NCBI GenBank assembly: GCA_963808625.1
Contig: CAWEHK010000008.1
Coordinates: forward strand, 206,752-270,751
Reading direction: 5' to 3'
DNA length: 64,000 nt
From: an uncultured delta proteobacterium
GTDB taxonomy: Bacteria; Desulfobacterota; Syntrophobacteria; Syntrophobacterales; Syntrophobacteraceae
A program made the position numbers and the translations under genes. Under the pieces are notes generated by a model that saw only the letters and a list, made by a program, of their open reading frames with translations, ran no database searches and was not told where the DNA came from. Positions 1 to 11,974 of this stretch are shown here, in pieces (within the stretch, counting starts at the first letter, position 1; every line of letters starts with the position of its first letter).

Positions 1-26
1 TTCCCATTGCCACACCTCCTCAGGTT

Positions 27-67
27 GATTTCGGATTTCGGATATCGGATTTTGGATTTCGGATTTG
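27..67. repeat. Heptamer array (TCGGATT)n
   Basis: Five to six degenerate units just upstream of an RBS and ATG at the left edge. Confidence 0.8.
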
Positions 68-360
68 AAAACCGACACCTTGCCGAAATATGCGTTCCCT
101 AATACAACTCCGAATAAACCAGTGTCCGCATTCGAGTTGTCATTCCCGCCAGGAACATGCGGGAATGACGTCCAGAGACCAAGGACACTTCATTCTGCCG
201 TGCTGCACTAAGCTTTCATGCGCCTTTGATTTACAGGGGTGCTGGTAATTATCATGTTTGCTCTTCAATCCGTGGAAAAATCCTGTCACCAAATCAAAAA
301 CGGCATAGCGGACGTTTCCCAGCCAGCGGATGGGCGCCCGGCAAGCGCCATGGAAGCCGA

Positions 361-1296
361 TCAGTCGCTTCTGGGCCGGGGGTAAAGTCCCGCCCGCTGG
401 ACGATCTCGGGGACTTTTTCCTCCCATTCGATGGCCATGATATGGAAGCCGCGAATCCCCTCCACTTCCTTCAGTTCCGCGATCTGCTCAAGACAGATGT
501 TGATTCCCTCTTCCGCCTGCTTCTCCTTGGGGACCCCCGCCAGGCGCTTGACGATGGCTTCCGGCACATCGATGCCCGGCACGCGGTTCTTCATGTATCT
601 CGCCATGCCCACGTTCTTCATGGGGGTGACGCCGGCAAGGATCGCAACGTGTTCATGGAGCCCCATGTCACAGACCCCCTGCATCCAGAGTTTGAACTTT
701 TCCATGTTGTAAATGCACTGCGTCTGGATGAACTGGGCGCCGGCGGCAACCTTTTTGGCCAGGCGGAAAACCCGGATTTCAAAAGGGTCCGCGAAAGGAT
801 TTTCGGCCGCGCCGATAAACATCTGCGGCCGCCCATCTTCCATTTCATAACCTCCGAGCAGACGCCCCTCATCACGCATCATTCGCACCGTTTGGATCAG
901 CTTCGTGGAGTCCATGTCGAAGACATTGGCGCTGTTGGGATGGTCCCCAAACCGCTGATGATCGCCGGTGAGACACAGGATATTATGAATCCCGAAGGAC
1001 GTGGCTCCCAGGAGATCACTCTGGATCGCGATGCGGTTCCGGTCCCGGGTCACCATCTGCAAGACCGGATCGATCCCCATCAACTTCAGACGGATACAGG
1101 CGGCAAGACTGCACTGGCGCACCACGGCCGTCTGGTTGTCGGTGATATTGATCGCATCGACATATTCCCTGATCATATCGGCTTTCTTTTGCACCGTATC
1201 CGGATTTCCATTTCGAGGCGGTCCGCACTCCGAGGTGACGGCCAAATGTCCGGCGGCCAAAACTTTCTCAAGGTTGCTGGGCGTTTTCACATTCAT
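361..1296 (-). CDS. metF: 5,10-methylenetetrahydrofolate reductase MetF
   Basis: 311 aa with SECGPP, AINITDNQ, RDRNRIA, LTGDH, AQFIQTQ and GFHIMAI motifs of the MTHFR family; overlaps the metV stop. Confidence 0.92.
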   Translation of the reverse strand: MNVKTPSNLEKVLAAGHLAVTSECGPPRNGNPDTVQKKADMIREYVDAINITDNQTAVVRQCSLAACIRLKLMGIDPVLQMVTRDRNRIAIQSDLLGATSFGIHNILCLTGDHQRFGDHPNSANVFDMDSTKLIQTVRMMRDEGRLLGGYEMEDGRPQMFIGAAENPFADPFEIRVFRLAKKVAAGAQFIQTQCIYNMEKFKLWMQGVCDMGLHEHVAILAGVTPMKNVGMARYMKNRVPGIDVPEAIVKRLAGVPKEKQAEEGINICLEQIAELKEVEGIRGFHIMAIEWEEKVPEIVQRAGLYPRPRSD

Positions 1297-1973
1297 GGCC
1301 TGACATCCTCCCTTACAATTTCGCGAGGTCCGCCATCACGGTTAACCGTCCAATCCTTGTCTTCGGCCGGCGTCTTGAATCGGTCCAGCTGGCCCAGGCT
1401 CTTGAGCCGATCGTAAATGAGCTGCCAGCCGCAGGGAATTTCTTTGTTCATGAGGACACTCAGTTCACATTTGCCTTTTTCCGAACCACCGCAAGGACCG
1501 TTGAGCATGCGTTTCGAACACCGGGCAACGGGACAGATGCCGCCGGTACTTGCGAGCACGCATTGGCCGCAAGCCAGACACCGCTCACTCCATACTCCCT
1601 GCTCGATGGTAACCCCGATAAAACAGGTGTCCACGGCCGGGAGTATGGGTTTCTCGGCATACATTTCCGCCAGGAACTGGACGCCGGCCCCGCAGGCCAA
1701 AGAAAGCACCGCGTCGTAGGTGTCCATCTTATCCTTCAGTTCCTGGAGGTACTCTTTGTCGCACTGGCGCGTCAGGCTGATCTCATCAATCTCCACCCGC
1801 CGTCCCTGCTGTGAAAAATAGATGCGCAGGGCCGAGGCAAGGGTCTGGACCTCTTTCAGGCCGCCCGCTTCACATACTGCGACGCACCCGTTACAGCCGG
1901 CCAGCAGTATTTTGTCGAAGCCAGCGATCATGTTTATGATTTCATCAATCGGTTTGGCTTTTGCCATAATCAT
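1293..1973 (-). CDS. metV: Methylene-THF reductase Fe-S subunit MetV (MTHFR_C domain)
   Basis: Cys-rich GCNGCVAVC, ACGAG, CLACGQC, GICPVARCSKRMLNGPCGG and CGW motifs; directly upstream of metF. Confidence 0.9.
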   Translation of the reverse strand: MIMAKAKPIDEIINMIAGFDKILLAGCNGCVAVCEAGGLKEVQTLASALRIYFSQQGRRVEIDEISLTRQCDKEYLQELKDKMDTYDAVLSLACGAGVQFLAEMYAEKPILPAVDTCFIGVTIEQGVWSERCLACGQCVLASTGGICPVARCSKRMLNGPCGGSEKGKCELSVLMNKEIPCGWQLIYDRLKSLGQLDRFKTPAEDKDWTVNRDGGPREIVREDVRP

Positions 1974-2075
1974 ACGGCCACCTCCCTAAAGTGATTCGAC
2001 TCAGCCTCGTTTGGTCCTTGAATTTACCGGCTCCCGGACAGCAGCCGGCAACCGGGAACCGCCGATCATTAGCTG

Positions 2076-2513
2076 CTAAGCAACCGCGGCTTTGCCCTTG
2101 GCTCCATCGCTGACATTCAAGGGCCCAAGTTGCCGCACCTTTTCGGTCATCTCCTGCACAATCTCGGCAAACCTGGGTCCCATTCCGGCGGAGAGATTGT
2201 ACATGGCAATCCTTTCCGGAGCCACCCCAATGCTCTGGAGGATCTGCTGCACATAGCCTACCCTCTTCCTGGCCCTCAGATTGCCGGATTGATAATGACA
2301 ATCGCCCTCTAAACAGCCCGCAACAAAAACCCCATCGGCGCCCTTCTCCAATGTCTTCAGCAGATGGACGGCGTCCACTCGGCCGGTGCAGGGCACGATG
2401 ACGATCCTGACATTGGAGGGATAACTCAGTCTCATGGTACCTGCCAGGTCCGCAGCAGAATAAGCTCAGTAATTGCAGCAAAATGCGACAATGACCGGTT
2501 CAAATTGCGCCAT
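2076..2513 (-). CDS. mvhD: MvhD-family [2Fe-2S] subunit, selenocysteine-containing
   Basis: AAGGAG RBS then ATG at 2513 gives MAQFEPVIVAFCCNY-TGA(2466-2468)-AYSAADLAGTMRLSYP, in frame with the tracked ORF (PCTGRV, GADGV, GCLEGDCHY). The TGA occupies the conserved Cys position of the family's FCCxxC motif. Confidence 0.9.
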
Positions 2514-2536
2514 TGGATTTCTCCTTCTCTTTCTTT

Positions 2537-2670
<134 letters not shown>

Positions 2671-2672
2671 TT

Positions 2673-5600
2673 TCATCCAAACAAAGCGTCTATTTTCGCC
2701 ATCAGCTGGTCGTCCGAATAATGGGCCAGTTGGATTGCCTTGGCCGGACATTCGGAGGCACAAATGCCACATCCCTGACAAAGCGCCTCATTGATTTCCG
2801 AAACATCGTTCTCGTTGATGCGCGGCACCCCGTACGGGCATCTTCTTACGCAGACGAGACACGCCGCACACAGGCTCTGCTCAACATGGGCAACAACGCC
2901 GCCAATGGTCTGGTGCATGGAGGCAAGGAAGGAACCGGCCCTCGAGGCCGCGGCCATCGCCTGAGCGATGCTTTCACTGATCAGCTTGGGGCCGTGCGCC
3001 ATACCGCAGAGATAGATGCCCTCGGAAGGAAAGTCCACCGGCCGGAGTTTGGCATGGGCTTCAATGAAGTAACCTTCCGCGTTGCGAGGGACTTTCAGGA
3101 AGGATGCCAGTTCCTCGGTTTCTTCGGCGACGGTGGCGGCGCTCAGCACAACGGCGTCAGCGCTCATCCTGAGGGTGCGTTTCAAGACGTGATCCCGGAA
3201 GGTGACACTCACGCCGTCCCCCTGCGTCTCCGTTTCGGGAGGCTGTTCCAGATCGTAGCGGCAGAAAAGGATCCCTTCGTTCCTGGCGGCCGTGTAGTAA
3301 TCCTCGAGCAGGCCATACATTCTCATGTCCCGGTAAAGAACCACGATATTCATATCCGGGTTGAGCTCTTTCAGGAGCAGGGCGTTCTTCACCGCATTCT
3401 GGCAGCAAATACGGCTGCAGTTCGGATTCTCCTCATTGCGCGAACCCACACATTGGATCATGACCACACAGTTCCATGCGGCTACGTCTTTAGCACGCTC
3501 CTCCATGAGCCGTCCGAGCTCGAGCTGAGTCACTATTCTCTGGTCTTCCCCGTAGAGGAATTCTTTGGGCTTGTATTCTTTGGCCCCCGTAGCGACGATG
3601 ACAACGCCGTGGTCGATCTTGCGATGATACATCCCCGGGCCAACCAGCACCTCGGTACTGAAATTGCCTTTGTAGCCGGTGAACCCAACCACAAGGGCTT
3701 CCGTCAAGACCTGGATGTTCTTATGGTTGGTCACATCCCGGATGAGCTGGTCGAGATAGGCCTGCACATCCAGCCCCTCGATGGTGTGGTAAAGGGAGCG
3801 CGCCGTACCGCCCAGTTCTTTATCTTTTTCGACCAGGATGGTTTCGAATCCCTGTCTCGCAAGACTCAGGGCAGCATTGAGACCGGCGATGCCTCCGCCC
3901 AGCACGAGACCCCTTTGCCTTATCTCCAGCGGCCGTTCGATGAGCGGCTCCAAATGGGCCGCACGAGCAACCGCCATTCTTACCAGGTCCTTCGCCTTCT
4001 CCGTTGCCTGCAGCGGTTCTTTCTGATGCACCCAGGAATCCTGGTCGCGAATGTTGGCCATATCGAACAGGTATTTATTAACTCCGCAAGCCTTCAAGGT
4101 TTCCCGAAAGAGACTTTCATGGGTCCTGGGCGAACATGCCGCCACCACAATTCGATTCAGCTTCTCTTCCTCGATGATGCTTTTGATCCTCTCCTGGGTA
4201 TCTTGAGAGCAACTGAAAAGGTTTTGAGTGGTGAACACGACATGGGGCAGCGTGGCGGCATAATCGACCACCTCGGTGACATTGACAACCGAGCTGATAT
4301 TGATGCCGCAGTTGCAGACAAAAACACCGATCCGGGGCTCCTCCAGCGATAGATCGCGCTCAGCCGGCAGCACTTCCTCCAGCGCCTGGGTCCCGCGGGC
4401 ATCGGAGAGGTCGATGGCAGCAGCACAGGCCGCCGCACTCGCCTCCATTACCGCGTAGGGAATGTCCTTGGGGCCCTGGAAAAGCCCGCAAACGTAGACT
4501 CCCGGCCGGGAAGTGCTGACCGGAGAAGTCACGCTGGTCATGGCGAAGTTGTACTGATTGAGGTCGATATCGAGCCTCCCGGCAAGAGCGATCGTATCCG
4601 GCCCGACCTCCATACCGACGGAAAGCACCACCAGGTCGAATTCTTCATCAACCATCTCCCCGTCTTCGGTGGCATAGCTTATACTCAGGCTCCCATCTGC
4701 GGAGCTCGGGTTCACCGTGTGCACCCTTGAACGAACGAACCGCACCCCGTATTCGTCGTTGGCCCGGTTGTAATATCTCTCGAAGTCTTTCCCATGAGTC
4801 CGCATGTCCATAAAAAAGATCGCCGTATCCAGGGGCTCGCTGCTGTGCTCCTTGGCGCAGATGGCCTCCTTGATGGCGTACATGCAGCAGACGCCGGAAC
4901 AGTATCCATTGCCGCCGTGCTGGATATCCCTTGAGCCGACGCATTGAAGCCAGGCAATCTTGTCGGGCTTCCGCCCGTCCGACGGGCGTTCGAGATGCCC
5001 CTGGGTAGGCCCGGAGGCGCTCAACATGCGTTCGAATTCTTTACTGGTAATCACATTGGGGTGAGCCCCGTACCCGTAGCTGTACATCTGAGGATCGAAA
5101 GCCTTGAATCCGGGCGCCAGGATAACCGACCCGACTTCAATCCGGTGGACCTTAGCCTGCTGATCGAGAGCGACGGCCTGGGCCGGACAAAACTTCTCGC
5201 AGGCCCGGCACTTGCCCTTTTCAAAATAAATGCAGTTCTTCTCGTCGATGGCATACTTCAAAGGTACCGCCTGAGGGAATTTAACATAGGCAGCTTTGCG
5301 CATGGTTCAGACCCTCGTTGAATTCATCCGCTACCTTCCGCGGACATTTCTCCGCACATACGCCGCACGCGATGCATTTCTCCATATCCACATAGCGCGG
5401 ATGTTCCTTCACCACCGCGGTGAAATGACCCGCTTCACCTTCCAGATCCTCCAGTTCCGCCATGGTAATCAGCTTGATGTTCAGATGACGCCCGCATTCG
5501 ACCAGTTTGGGTGAGAGGATGCACATCGAGCAGTCATTGGTGGGGAAGGTCTTATCCAATTGCGCCATGACACCCCCGATGGCAGGGGATTTTTCGACCA

Positions 5601-5709
5601 GGTAAACGTAGAACCCCGAGTTGGCCAGGTCGAGGGCAGCCTGAACGCCGGCCACGCCGCCTCCTACCACCATTACGGAACCAACAGAACGGCCCTGCTT
5701 GCTTTCCAT
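2673..5709 (-). CDS. hdrA: Heterodisulfide reductase subunit A-like flavoprotein, long form (one frameshift near 5305)
   Basis: ORFs 5281..5709 (VVGGGVAG, LDKTFPTNDCSMC, CIACGVC) and 2673..5303 (two QCVGSR motifs, second GGGIAG FAD motif, C-terminal ferredoxin) join as GLNMRKAAY if one C is removed. Confidence 0.9.
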
Positions 5710-5713
5710 GACC

Positions 5714-6580
5714 TTACCCCTCCAGGATATCGGAAAGTTTGTCTTCCCAACCGATGGTGGAGATGAGCACTCCGCCGTACCCGGCGTCCCTCAAAGCCAG
5801 GACAAGTTCGCGGGCGATTTGCACGCATTCGCGGGCTTTATCCGGGGCCTTTTGAATACGCGTGATGAGCTCGCCGGGAACATGGACATGAGCCAGATGC
5901 TGATCGATATAACGGGCCATGCCGACGGATTTGAGCAAGAGCACGGTCGGGATAATTCCGGGCTTTCGGTTTTCGGCTCTTTTCATGAACCGGGTCAGGG
6001 TCTGGAGGTCAAAGACCGGTTGGGTGACAAAGAATTCCGCGCCGGCCGCAATCTTCTTCTCCAGCTCCTCCAGCTCCAGGTCCAGGAGCCCTCCGCTGAC
6101 CCCGGTATTGACCATGGAGCCAACACAATACCTGGGCGCACCATTCAGCTCGACTCCCGCCATATCGCGACCGGCCTGGAGTTTTTGAATGGCCTCCAAC
6201 AATTCCAGCAAATCGATGTCGTTAACGGGACGGGCCCGGTGGTGGTCCCCATAACTTGGTTCAACGCCGGTGATGGCCATGACATTTGAGACACCGAGGG
6301 CGTTAGCCGCCAGGAGGTCGGCCTGCAAGGCCAAACGGTTGCGATCCCGGCAGCAAACCTGCATCACCGTCTCCAACCCCCGGTTCTGCAGCAGTGCACA
6401 ACCTCCCAGAGAGCTCATCCTCATAACCGCATTGCTCATCTCAGGAACCACGAAGGCATCCACTTTGCCTTTAACATGCATGGCATGAGCGATCACGGCA
6501 GAGAAATCCGCTCCCTTAGGAGGCTCCATCTCCGCCAGAACAAGGAACTCCCCAGAGGCCAGTTTCTTTTGCATGTTCAT
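5714..6580 (-). CDS. metF: Second, divergent MetF-like protein
   Basis: AEMEPPKG, CCRDRNRLALQADL, KIAAGAEFFVTQP; GGAGG RBS before ATG at 6580. Confidence 0.8.
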   Translation of the reverse strand: MNMQKKLASGEFLVLAEMEPPKGADFSAVIAHAMHVKGKVDAFVVPEMSNAVMRMSSLGGCALLQNRGLETVMQVCCRDRNRLALQADLLAANALGVSNVMAITGVEPSYGDHHRARPVNDIDLLELLEAIQKLQAGRDMAGVELNGAPRYCVGSMVNTGVSGGLLDLELEELEKKIAAGAEFFVTQPVFDLQTLTRFMKRAENRKPGIIPTVLLLKSVGMARYIDQHLAHVHVPGELITRIQKAPDKARECVQIARELVLALRDAGYGGVLISTIGWEDKLSDILEG

Positions 6581-7046
6581 AAGGTATCCCTCCAAAATAT
6601 GAGTGCTGTTGGCTCTTCACCCCTGAGTCGGGCCGGGTTCCCAACTCCTGCATCGCGACGCCGGATGACCGCATAGAAAAACTGAAAAAGGTGTGCCTCT
6701 TTCAGTGGCAAAAATTCGGGGAAAACTTGGGCACAGGCCTGTGCTTATGGGGACAGATTCATAGCCCTCGCCCTGAGCCAGGGGAAACATCCATGGTGAC
6801 GCTGCAAATCCATTCACCCGATAACGTGATGAAAACTTCTTCCAGTTTCTCAACCGCTTTGGATGATCAAAACTTCTCCGTCAACTTCAGGTCGCGGGTG
6901 GCGTTCAACCGGCTACGAGGTTCCACATGAAGAGGGGACGACGGCCACATTTTCTTATTCCGTGGGGTGGTACAGGACACCACCATTGCCGCCGGTTATT
7001 ATTTATCACTATTTTTTCAATCTTGCAAACACGATGGCACAGAAAA

Positions 7047-7149
7047 CAGGAGTCAGAAGTCAGAAGTCAGAAGTCAACAGTCGGAAGTCAGAATTGAAAA
7101 TGATCTTTTCGTGTGCCTTCGTCTTCCTTCGTGTGAATTCGTGGATGAG
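7047..7149 (+). repeat. Composite repeat: (AGAAGTC)n plus TTCGTG array
   Basis: Ends TTCGTGTGAATTCGTGGATGA next to the kinase stop codon. Confidence 0.85.
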
Positions 7150-7156
7150 ACAACGT

Positions 7157-8641
7157 TCACGGTTGCCGGAGCACCGGGAGGAGCACGCGAAAGGTCGTTC
7201 CCACACCAGGCTGGCTCTCGACCTCGATGGAACCCCGGTGAGATTCGACAATCCCTTTGACAATGGCAAGGCCCAGACCCGTACCGATCACCTGCCTGGT
7301 TTTGGGATGTTTGACCCGATAGAACTTGTCGAAGATTTTCGGGAGCTCTTCGGGTTCGATGCCAACCCCCGTATCACTTACCATCACTTCCAGGTAGTCT
7401 CCCCGTGAAACGACCGAAACGTTCACTTCTCCGCCGCCTGGCGAATAATTGACCGCATTGCTGACAAGGTTGGTAAAAAGCTCTTCCATGCTTCGAGGGT
7501 CCGCCTGAACGAGCGGGACTTCAGATGGGAGATTCAGCCGCAGCGACACATTCTGGCTTTCCGCCCGAGGTCTCAACAGGCCAACGGTCTGCTCCAGCAC
7601 CTCCCCCAGGCGGAGTGGGACCTGCTGCTGAAAGGTATGGCCGCTCTCAATCTTGGCTACATCCAAAAGATCATTGATGAGTTCGAGCAAGCCATCGATC
7701 TTTAGCAGAGAACGACCGAGGAGGTCTTTCTGCTTGTCCATCAGTTCCCCGGCGAGACCGTCCACGACGACGGTCAGCAATTGCCTGATGGACGCCAGGG
7801 GCGAGCGCAGCTCATGAGAAACCATGTGGACGAAATCCGATTTCATCTCATCCAGTTGTTTAAACGTCGTAATATCCTGGAAAACGGTGACGGTGCCCAT
7901 AACTTCCCCATGCAATCCGGGCACGGGGGCCGACAGGGAATGGATATACTTGCTTCCTATGTGGAGGTCCCGGGAAAGAAGAACCGGATCATCACCACTC
8001 GCGCCCAGAATGCTCTTGAGACCCTTTTCCAGGTCCTCGTCAGCGAGAAATTCGGAGAGGGCGGTGGGCTCGGCCAACGAGTCAGAAAGGCCGAGCGTTC
8101 TCATCAAGGCCGGATTATGCAGGACCATCTCCAGATCGCGGTTGGTCACCATGACCCCGTCCGCCATGCAGTTGATGATCGTTCGGATGCGGCTCTTTTC
8201 CATCGCGAGGTCATAGAGGTTTTGCGCCTGCGCTTCCTGGAGTTCCCGCGCACGGCGCTCCAACGCCTGTTTTTCCAGCGCTCTGCTTACAATCAGGGTC
8301 AGGTGGTCGGCCCGGAACGGTTTGGTGATGAAATCGTAGGCCCCCTTCTTCATGGCCTCGACCGCATTGGCCACCGTACCGTGACCCGTAATGACAATCA
8401 GCGGCACCTCGGGATAATTGGCCCTGACTTCCTCAAGGACCTCAAAGGCCCCCATCACCGGCATGACAAGATCGCAGAGAATCAGGTCCATCGGTTCCGC
8501 TGCAAGCAGATCAAGCGCTTCCCGACCGTTCACGGCGGTAAGGGGCCGATACCCCGCAAGTTTCAACAAACGGCTGCAGCCATCCCGGATTACCTTTTCA
8601 TCATCTACAACCAGAACCGTCTGCATCGGGCCAGCCTTCAT
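7157..8641 (-). CDS. Hybrid receiver-PAS-histidine kinase
   Basis: N-terminal VVDDE receiver, H-box SHELRSPL, N-box NLVSNAVNY, DTGVGI and GTGLGL. Confidence 0.9.
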   Translation of the reverse strand: MKAGPMQTVLVVDDEKVIRDGCSRLLKLAGYRPLTAVNGREALDLLAAEPMDLILCDLVMPVMGAFEVLEEVRANYPEVPLIVITGHGTVANAVEAMKKGAYDFITKPFRADHLTLIVSRALEKQALERRARELQEAQAQNLYDLAMEKSRIRTIINCMADGVMVTNRDLEMVLHNPALMRTLGLSDSLAEPTALSEFLADEDLEKGLKSILGASGDDPVLLSRDLHIGSKYIHSLSAPVPGLHGEVMGTVTVFQDITTFKQLDEMKSDFVHMVSHELRSPLASIRQLLTVVVDGLAGELMDKQKDLLGRSLLKIDGLLELINDLLDVAKIESGHTFQQQVPLRLGEVLEQTVGLLRPRAESQNVSLRLNLPSEVPLVQADPRSMEELFTNLVSNAVNYSPGGGEVNVSVVSRGDYLEVMVSDTGVGIEPEELPKIFDKFYRVKHPKTRQVIGTGLGLAIVKGIVESHRGSIEVESQPGVGTTFRVLLPVLRQP

Positions 8642-8649
8642 TCTGCCGT

Positions 8650-10980
8650 TTAACAGGTGAACTCAATTTCTTCTTCAGGGCACTCCAGCGGGAGGGTGAT
8701 CGTAAAGAGGGCGCCGCCCGCGTGAGCATTCTTGACCTCGATGGTCCCTCCGTGTTGTTGAATGATCCCGTAGACGACGGACAGACCAAGGCCGGTGCCC
8801 TCTCCCGGCCGTTTCGTGGTAAAGAAAGGCTCGAATATTTTGTCCATGATTTCGGAGGGGATGCCCGGACCCGTATCGGCAATTTGCAGGCTGACTTCCT
8901 CACATTCCGGATCGAACCTGCTGGTGATGACGATCTTGCCCTTGCCGTTCATGGCGACCCCGGCATTGATAATGAGATTCGTGAAAACCTGCTGAAACTG
9001 ACCCGGATCACCCGTCATCTGGGGAATATCGGGTTGGAGATCGATCACAAAATCGACATCCTGAAAAAGCGATTGGCGAGCCAACAGCTCGGCGGAACGG
9101 TTGATCACAAGGTTGATGTCGAAAGGAACTCTCTGGCCCACAGACTGTCGGCTGAACTCCAACAAACGGGTAACGATTTCCTTGCAGCGCAGGGTCTGAT
9201 CAACGATCTCCTGCAGGTCTTCGCGCCACTGAGGGTTGGGCTCAAGCTCTTTCATCAGCATGTCGGCGTAGAGCAAAATGCCGGAGAGCGGGTTATTGAT
9301 TTCGTGAGCGACACCAGCTGCCAATCTTCCGACCGAGGCGATTTTTTCGGCCTGCATCAATTGAATTTTGGCTTCCTCGAGCTCCCTGCGTATTCGCAAC
9401 CGTTCCCGGAGGTCGGAGAAGATACCGACGCTGCCGATTTCACGCTCATTTTGCTTGATGAGGGCCGCGGAGAAGTTTACCGGCACTTCCTCGCCCGATT
9501 TGGTCACAAGAATTATCCGCAAAGAAGTGGCCTTGCCGGGTACGCCATAATCCTTGCTGCGCATCCGCCGCATGATTACCTTTGCGACTTCCTCGCTGCA
9601 GATGTTGAACGACATGAGGGGATGATCGACCAACTCTTCTGCGCTATAACCCAGAATCCTTTCGGCTGCTTCATTGAAAATTAATACTTTCCCTTCATTG
9701 TCGAGGACCATTATACCATCAGCGGAACTCCTGATAATGTTAGTGAGAAAGCTGTTAGTGTTGTGGAGTTGCCGCTCGATCTCAATGTGCTTTGTCAAAT
9801 CGTGGAAAAACATGTAGGTTATCGCGCTCTTGCCAATACGAGACACGATCATGCAGGTTTCAAGGACACGATGCTCCTGCTGGGGGACCTTCGCCGGCTG
9901 GATGGTGCTGCAAAAGAGCAATTGCTGAGGGTTTTCCGGGTCAACTTTCTGCATTAAATCGTCTATAATGTTAAGGTGCTGCAATGGGAGTAAGGCGCTG
10001 AGGTCTTTGCCAATAAGCTCATCTTCAGGTTGCTCCAGGATCTCGGCCATCTTTGAGTTGGCAAAAATCACTCGCCGGCTCTCGTCAGCCATGAGGATTC
10101 CTTCCTGAGTAATCTCAGTGAGCACCCTGAACTTCTCTTCCGCTTCCAGGAGCGGGGTAATATCCCTCATTGCTTCAAAGCCGCCAATCACCCCCTGCTC
10201 CGCGTCAGTCAGCATGGTGGCATGAGCCGCTACCGGGATTCTCCTGCCCTCCCGATCCTGGATGGTGAAGCGAAGCCCGGCAAGGGGCTTCATGGTCTCC
10301 ATCGCATACTTGATGGCACACCTTTTCGTATGGCAGTGATCGGTTCGGAGCAGTTCAGCACAGGTCATCCTGTTCACCACTTCGCTTTTACTGTACCCCG
10401 TAAGTCTCTCGAGGTGATGGTTCATGTAGGTGATCGTCAGGTCTTTATTCACAGTGAAAAAGGGCATGGGGAAGTTATTGATGATGCTGGAGGATATAGG
10501 ACCCATGAGATGATTTCCCGCCCCGGCGAGAGCCGCTGGCGCGTCGCGCAGAATGGCCAGGCGCCACGCAGGTCCCCCCTCTTTGCTGCTCGCCAATTGG
10601 GTGGAAAGTGAAAAGGGCAGCCAGTCCCCCGAAAGACGTTTGAGTTGTACCGGAACGTCTTTTAAGCTGTGGTTTTCGAGAAATCGATCGAGCAGAGATC
10701 CCGGGGCATCGCCGACATCCGTGCGCAAAAGATCAGCGCAAAGGAGAGGGCTTTCTTCCGTACCAGTTTTGCCCGTCAGGCGTTGTGCAGAATCATTCAG
10801 ATATACGATTCTGCACAGCACGTCCATTACCATGACCGGGTCGGGGAAACCATCGAAACAGCGCCGGAAAAATTCCAGATCCAAAATCTCAGGACAGGTC
10901 GCGACAATCGCGTCAGACCCGGCTTCCGCTGCGGTTGAGGCAGGCTCGGAGCTCATCTTCTTTGTCCTCATCAGGCGCAC
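8650..10980 (-). CDS. Cytoplasmic multi-PAS histidine kinase (NtrB type)
   Basis: Several PAS-like segments, [19 protein letters not shown] and GTGLGL; exact start uncertain. Confidence 0.88.
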   Translation of the reverse strand: MRLMRTKKMSSEPASTAAEAGSDAIVATCPEILDLEFFRRCFDGFPDPVMVMDVLCRIVYLNDSAQRLTGKTGTEESPLLCADLLRTDVGDAPGSLLDRFLENHSLKDVPVQLKRLSGDWLPFSLSTQLASSKEGGPAWRLAILRDAPAALAGAGNHLMGPISSSIINNFPMPFFTVNKDLTITYMNHHLERLTGYSKSEVVNRMTCAELLRTDHCHTKRCAIKYAMETMKPLAGLRFTIQDREGRRIPVAAHATMLTDAEQGVIGGFEAMRDITPLLEAEEKFRVLTEITQEGILMADESRRVIFANSKMAEILEQPEDELIGKDLSALLPLQHLNIIDDLMQKVDPENPQQLLFCSTIQPAKVPQQEHRVLETCMIVSRIGKSAITYMFFHDLTKHIEIERQLHNTNSFLTNIIRSSADGIMVLDNEGKVLIFNEAAERILGYSAEELVDHPLMSFNICSEEVAKVIMRRMRSKDYGVPGKATSLRIILVTKSGEEVPVNFSAALIKQNEREIGSVGIFSDLRERLRIRRELEEAKIQLMQAEKIASVGRLAAGVAHEINNPLSGILLYADMLMKELEPNPQWREDLQEIVDQTLRCKEIVTRLLEFSRQSVGQRVPFDINLVINRSAELLARQSLFQDVDFVIDLQPDIPQMTGDPGQFQQVFTNLIINAGVAMNGKGKIVITSRFDPECEEVSLQIADTGPGIPSEIMDKIFEPFFTTKRPGEGTGLGLSVVYGIIQQHGGTIEVKNAHAGGALFTITLPLECPEEEIEFTC

Positions 10981-11147
10981 ACGTGTCGCCTTGTTCTCCC
11001 GGAGACTTTTCGATCCGGTGACTGGAGGCGACAGGAGCGACGGGAATTTCGATGCTAGAGTATTCTAATCAACACCTACAGGGGCTGTCAGGCTAACCAT
11101 GTCCTTATACCGTAAAAGCCGGGAGGAGCGAAGCATAAAAATTCGTT

Positions 11148-11320
11148 GGAGGAGACAGAAGTCAGAGACAGGAGTTGGAGTCAGAAGTCAGGAGACAGAA
11201 GTCAAGAGAAGGAGTCAGGAGTCGGGAGTACGGAGGCTGAAATCGGAAGTCAGAGTACAAAATGATTTCTTCGTGTGACTTCGTTGTCCTTCGTGTGACT
11301 TCGTGGATGACTTGTGGATA
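11148..11320 (+). repeat. Composite repeat: (AGRAGWC)n plus TTCGTG array
   Basis: Same AAAATGAT linker as the 7047 copy; ends TTCGTGTGACTTCGTGGATGA. Confidence 0.85.
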
Positions 11321-11323
11321 GAT

Positions 11324-11945
11324 TTATTCACGTGAATGCCTGGGCTTTGCGCCTCGCGTGAGTCCGGGCTCAGGACGTTCCGCGGCTACATAACGAGTGA
11401 AGAGAAAGGAAAAAGGATCGCCAGAAGGGGAATGAGATAAAGCGTCAGGTAAAAAAAATCATCACCTCATTTTCAATGGCTTTTACTTCCGTCATCGGCA
11501 ATGCCAGGCGGATGATTCTACCCTTTTCTTTGAAAAACACCGACGCATAAAACATATCCGCATTCAGTGTTTCACTGTAGCGGACAGCGGTTGCAGACCC
11601 AACAGCGATAGCCCGCTGGATCTCCGGCCGGTCCATACGGTTCTCACCAACAATGGCATCGTCGGTGGAATCGCCAAGCACACTGCCATCCATCTCGATT
11701 ACGGTGATGCGCACCTGTGCCGCATCCTGGTACTGCCGACACCAGGCGACGAGAATGGCAGGATCTGAGGTATCGGGCAGCACGCTCGCCAAGACCTTTG
11801 CCAGAGTGAAAACCTGTTTTTCGAGTTGGTCCTTCAGTTTCTCTTTCAACTGCATCTGCAGGACAAAGCCGGCCATGGTCACCAGGATTACGAAAAGAGC
11901 AGAGGAAATAAGGTAGAATTTCCATATGCGGCTCAGTCTTATCAT
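11324..11945 (-). CDS. PhoR-like membrane sensor domain without kinase domain (probable homopolymer indel near 11455)
   Basis: TM helix plus RITVIEMDGSVLGDS...ENRMDRPEI...RYSETLNADMFY, typical of PhoR N-termini. Adding one base to the A8 run gives a second TM helix and a stop at 11324. Confidence 0.65.
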
Positions 11946-11974
11946 ACCGTCCTCCCATGCGATGGTCAGAATAG

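Noticed and set aside
5281..5310. Programmed frameshift in hdrA
   Set aside because: No slippery sequence, and similar indels occur throughout the window.
6600..7020. SAM or folate riboswitch upstream of the metF operon
   Set aside because: Long leader, but no riboswitch consensus could be recognised by eye.
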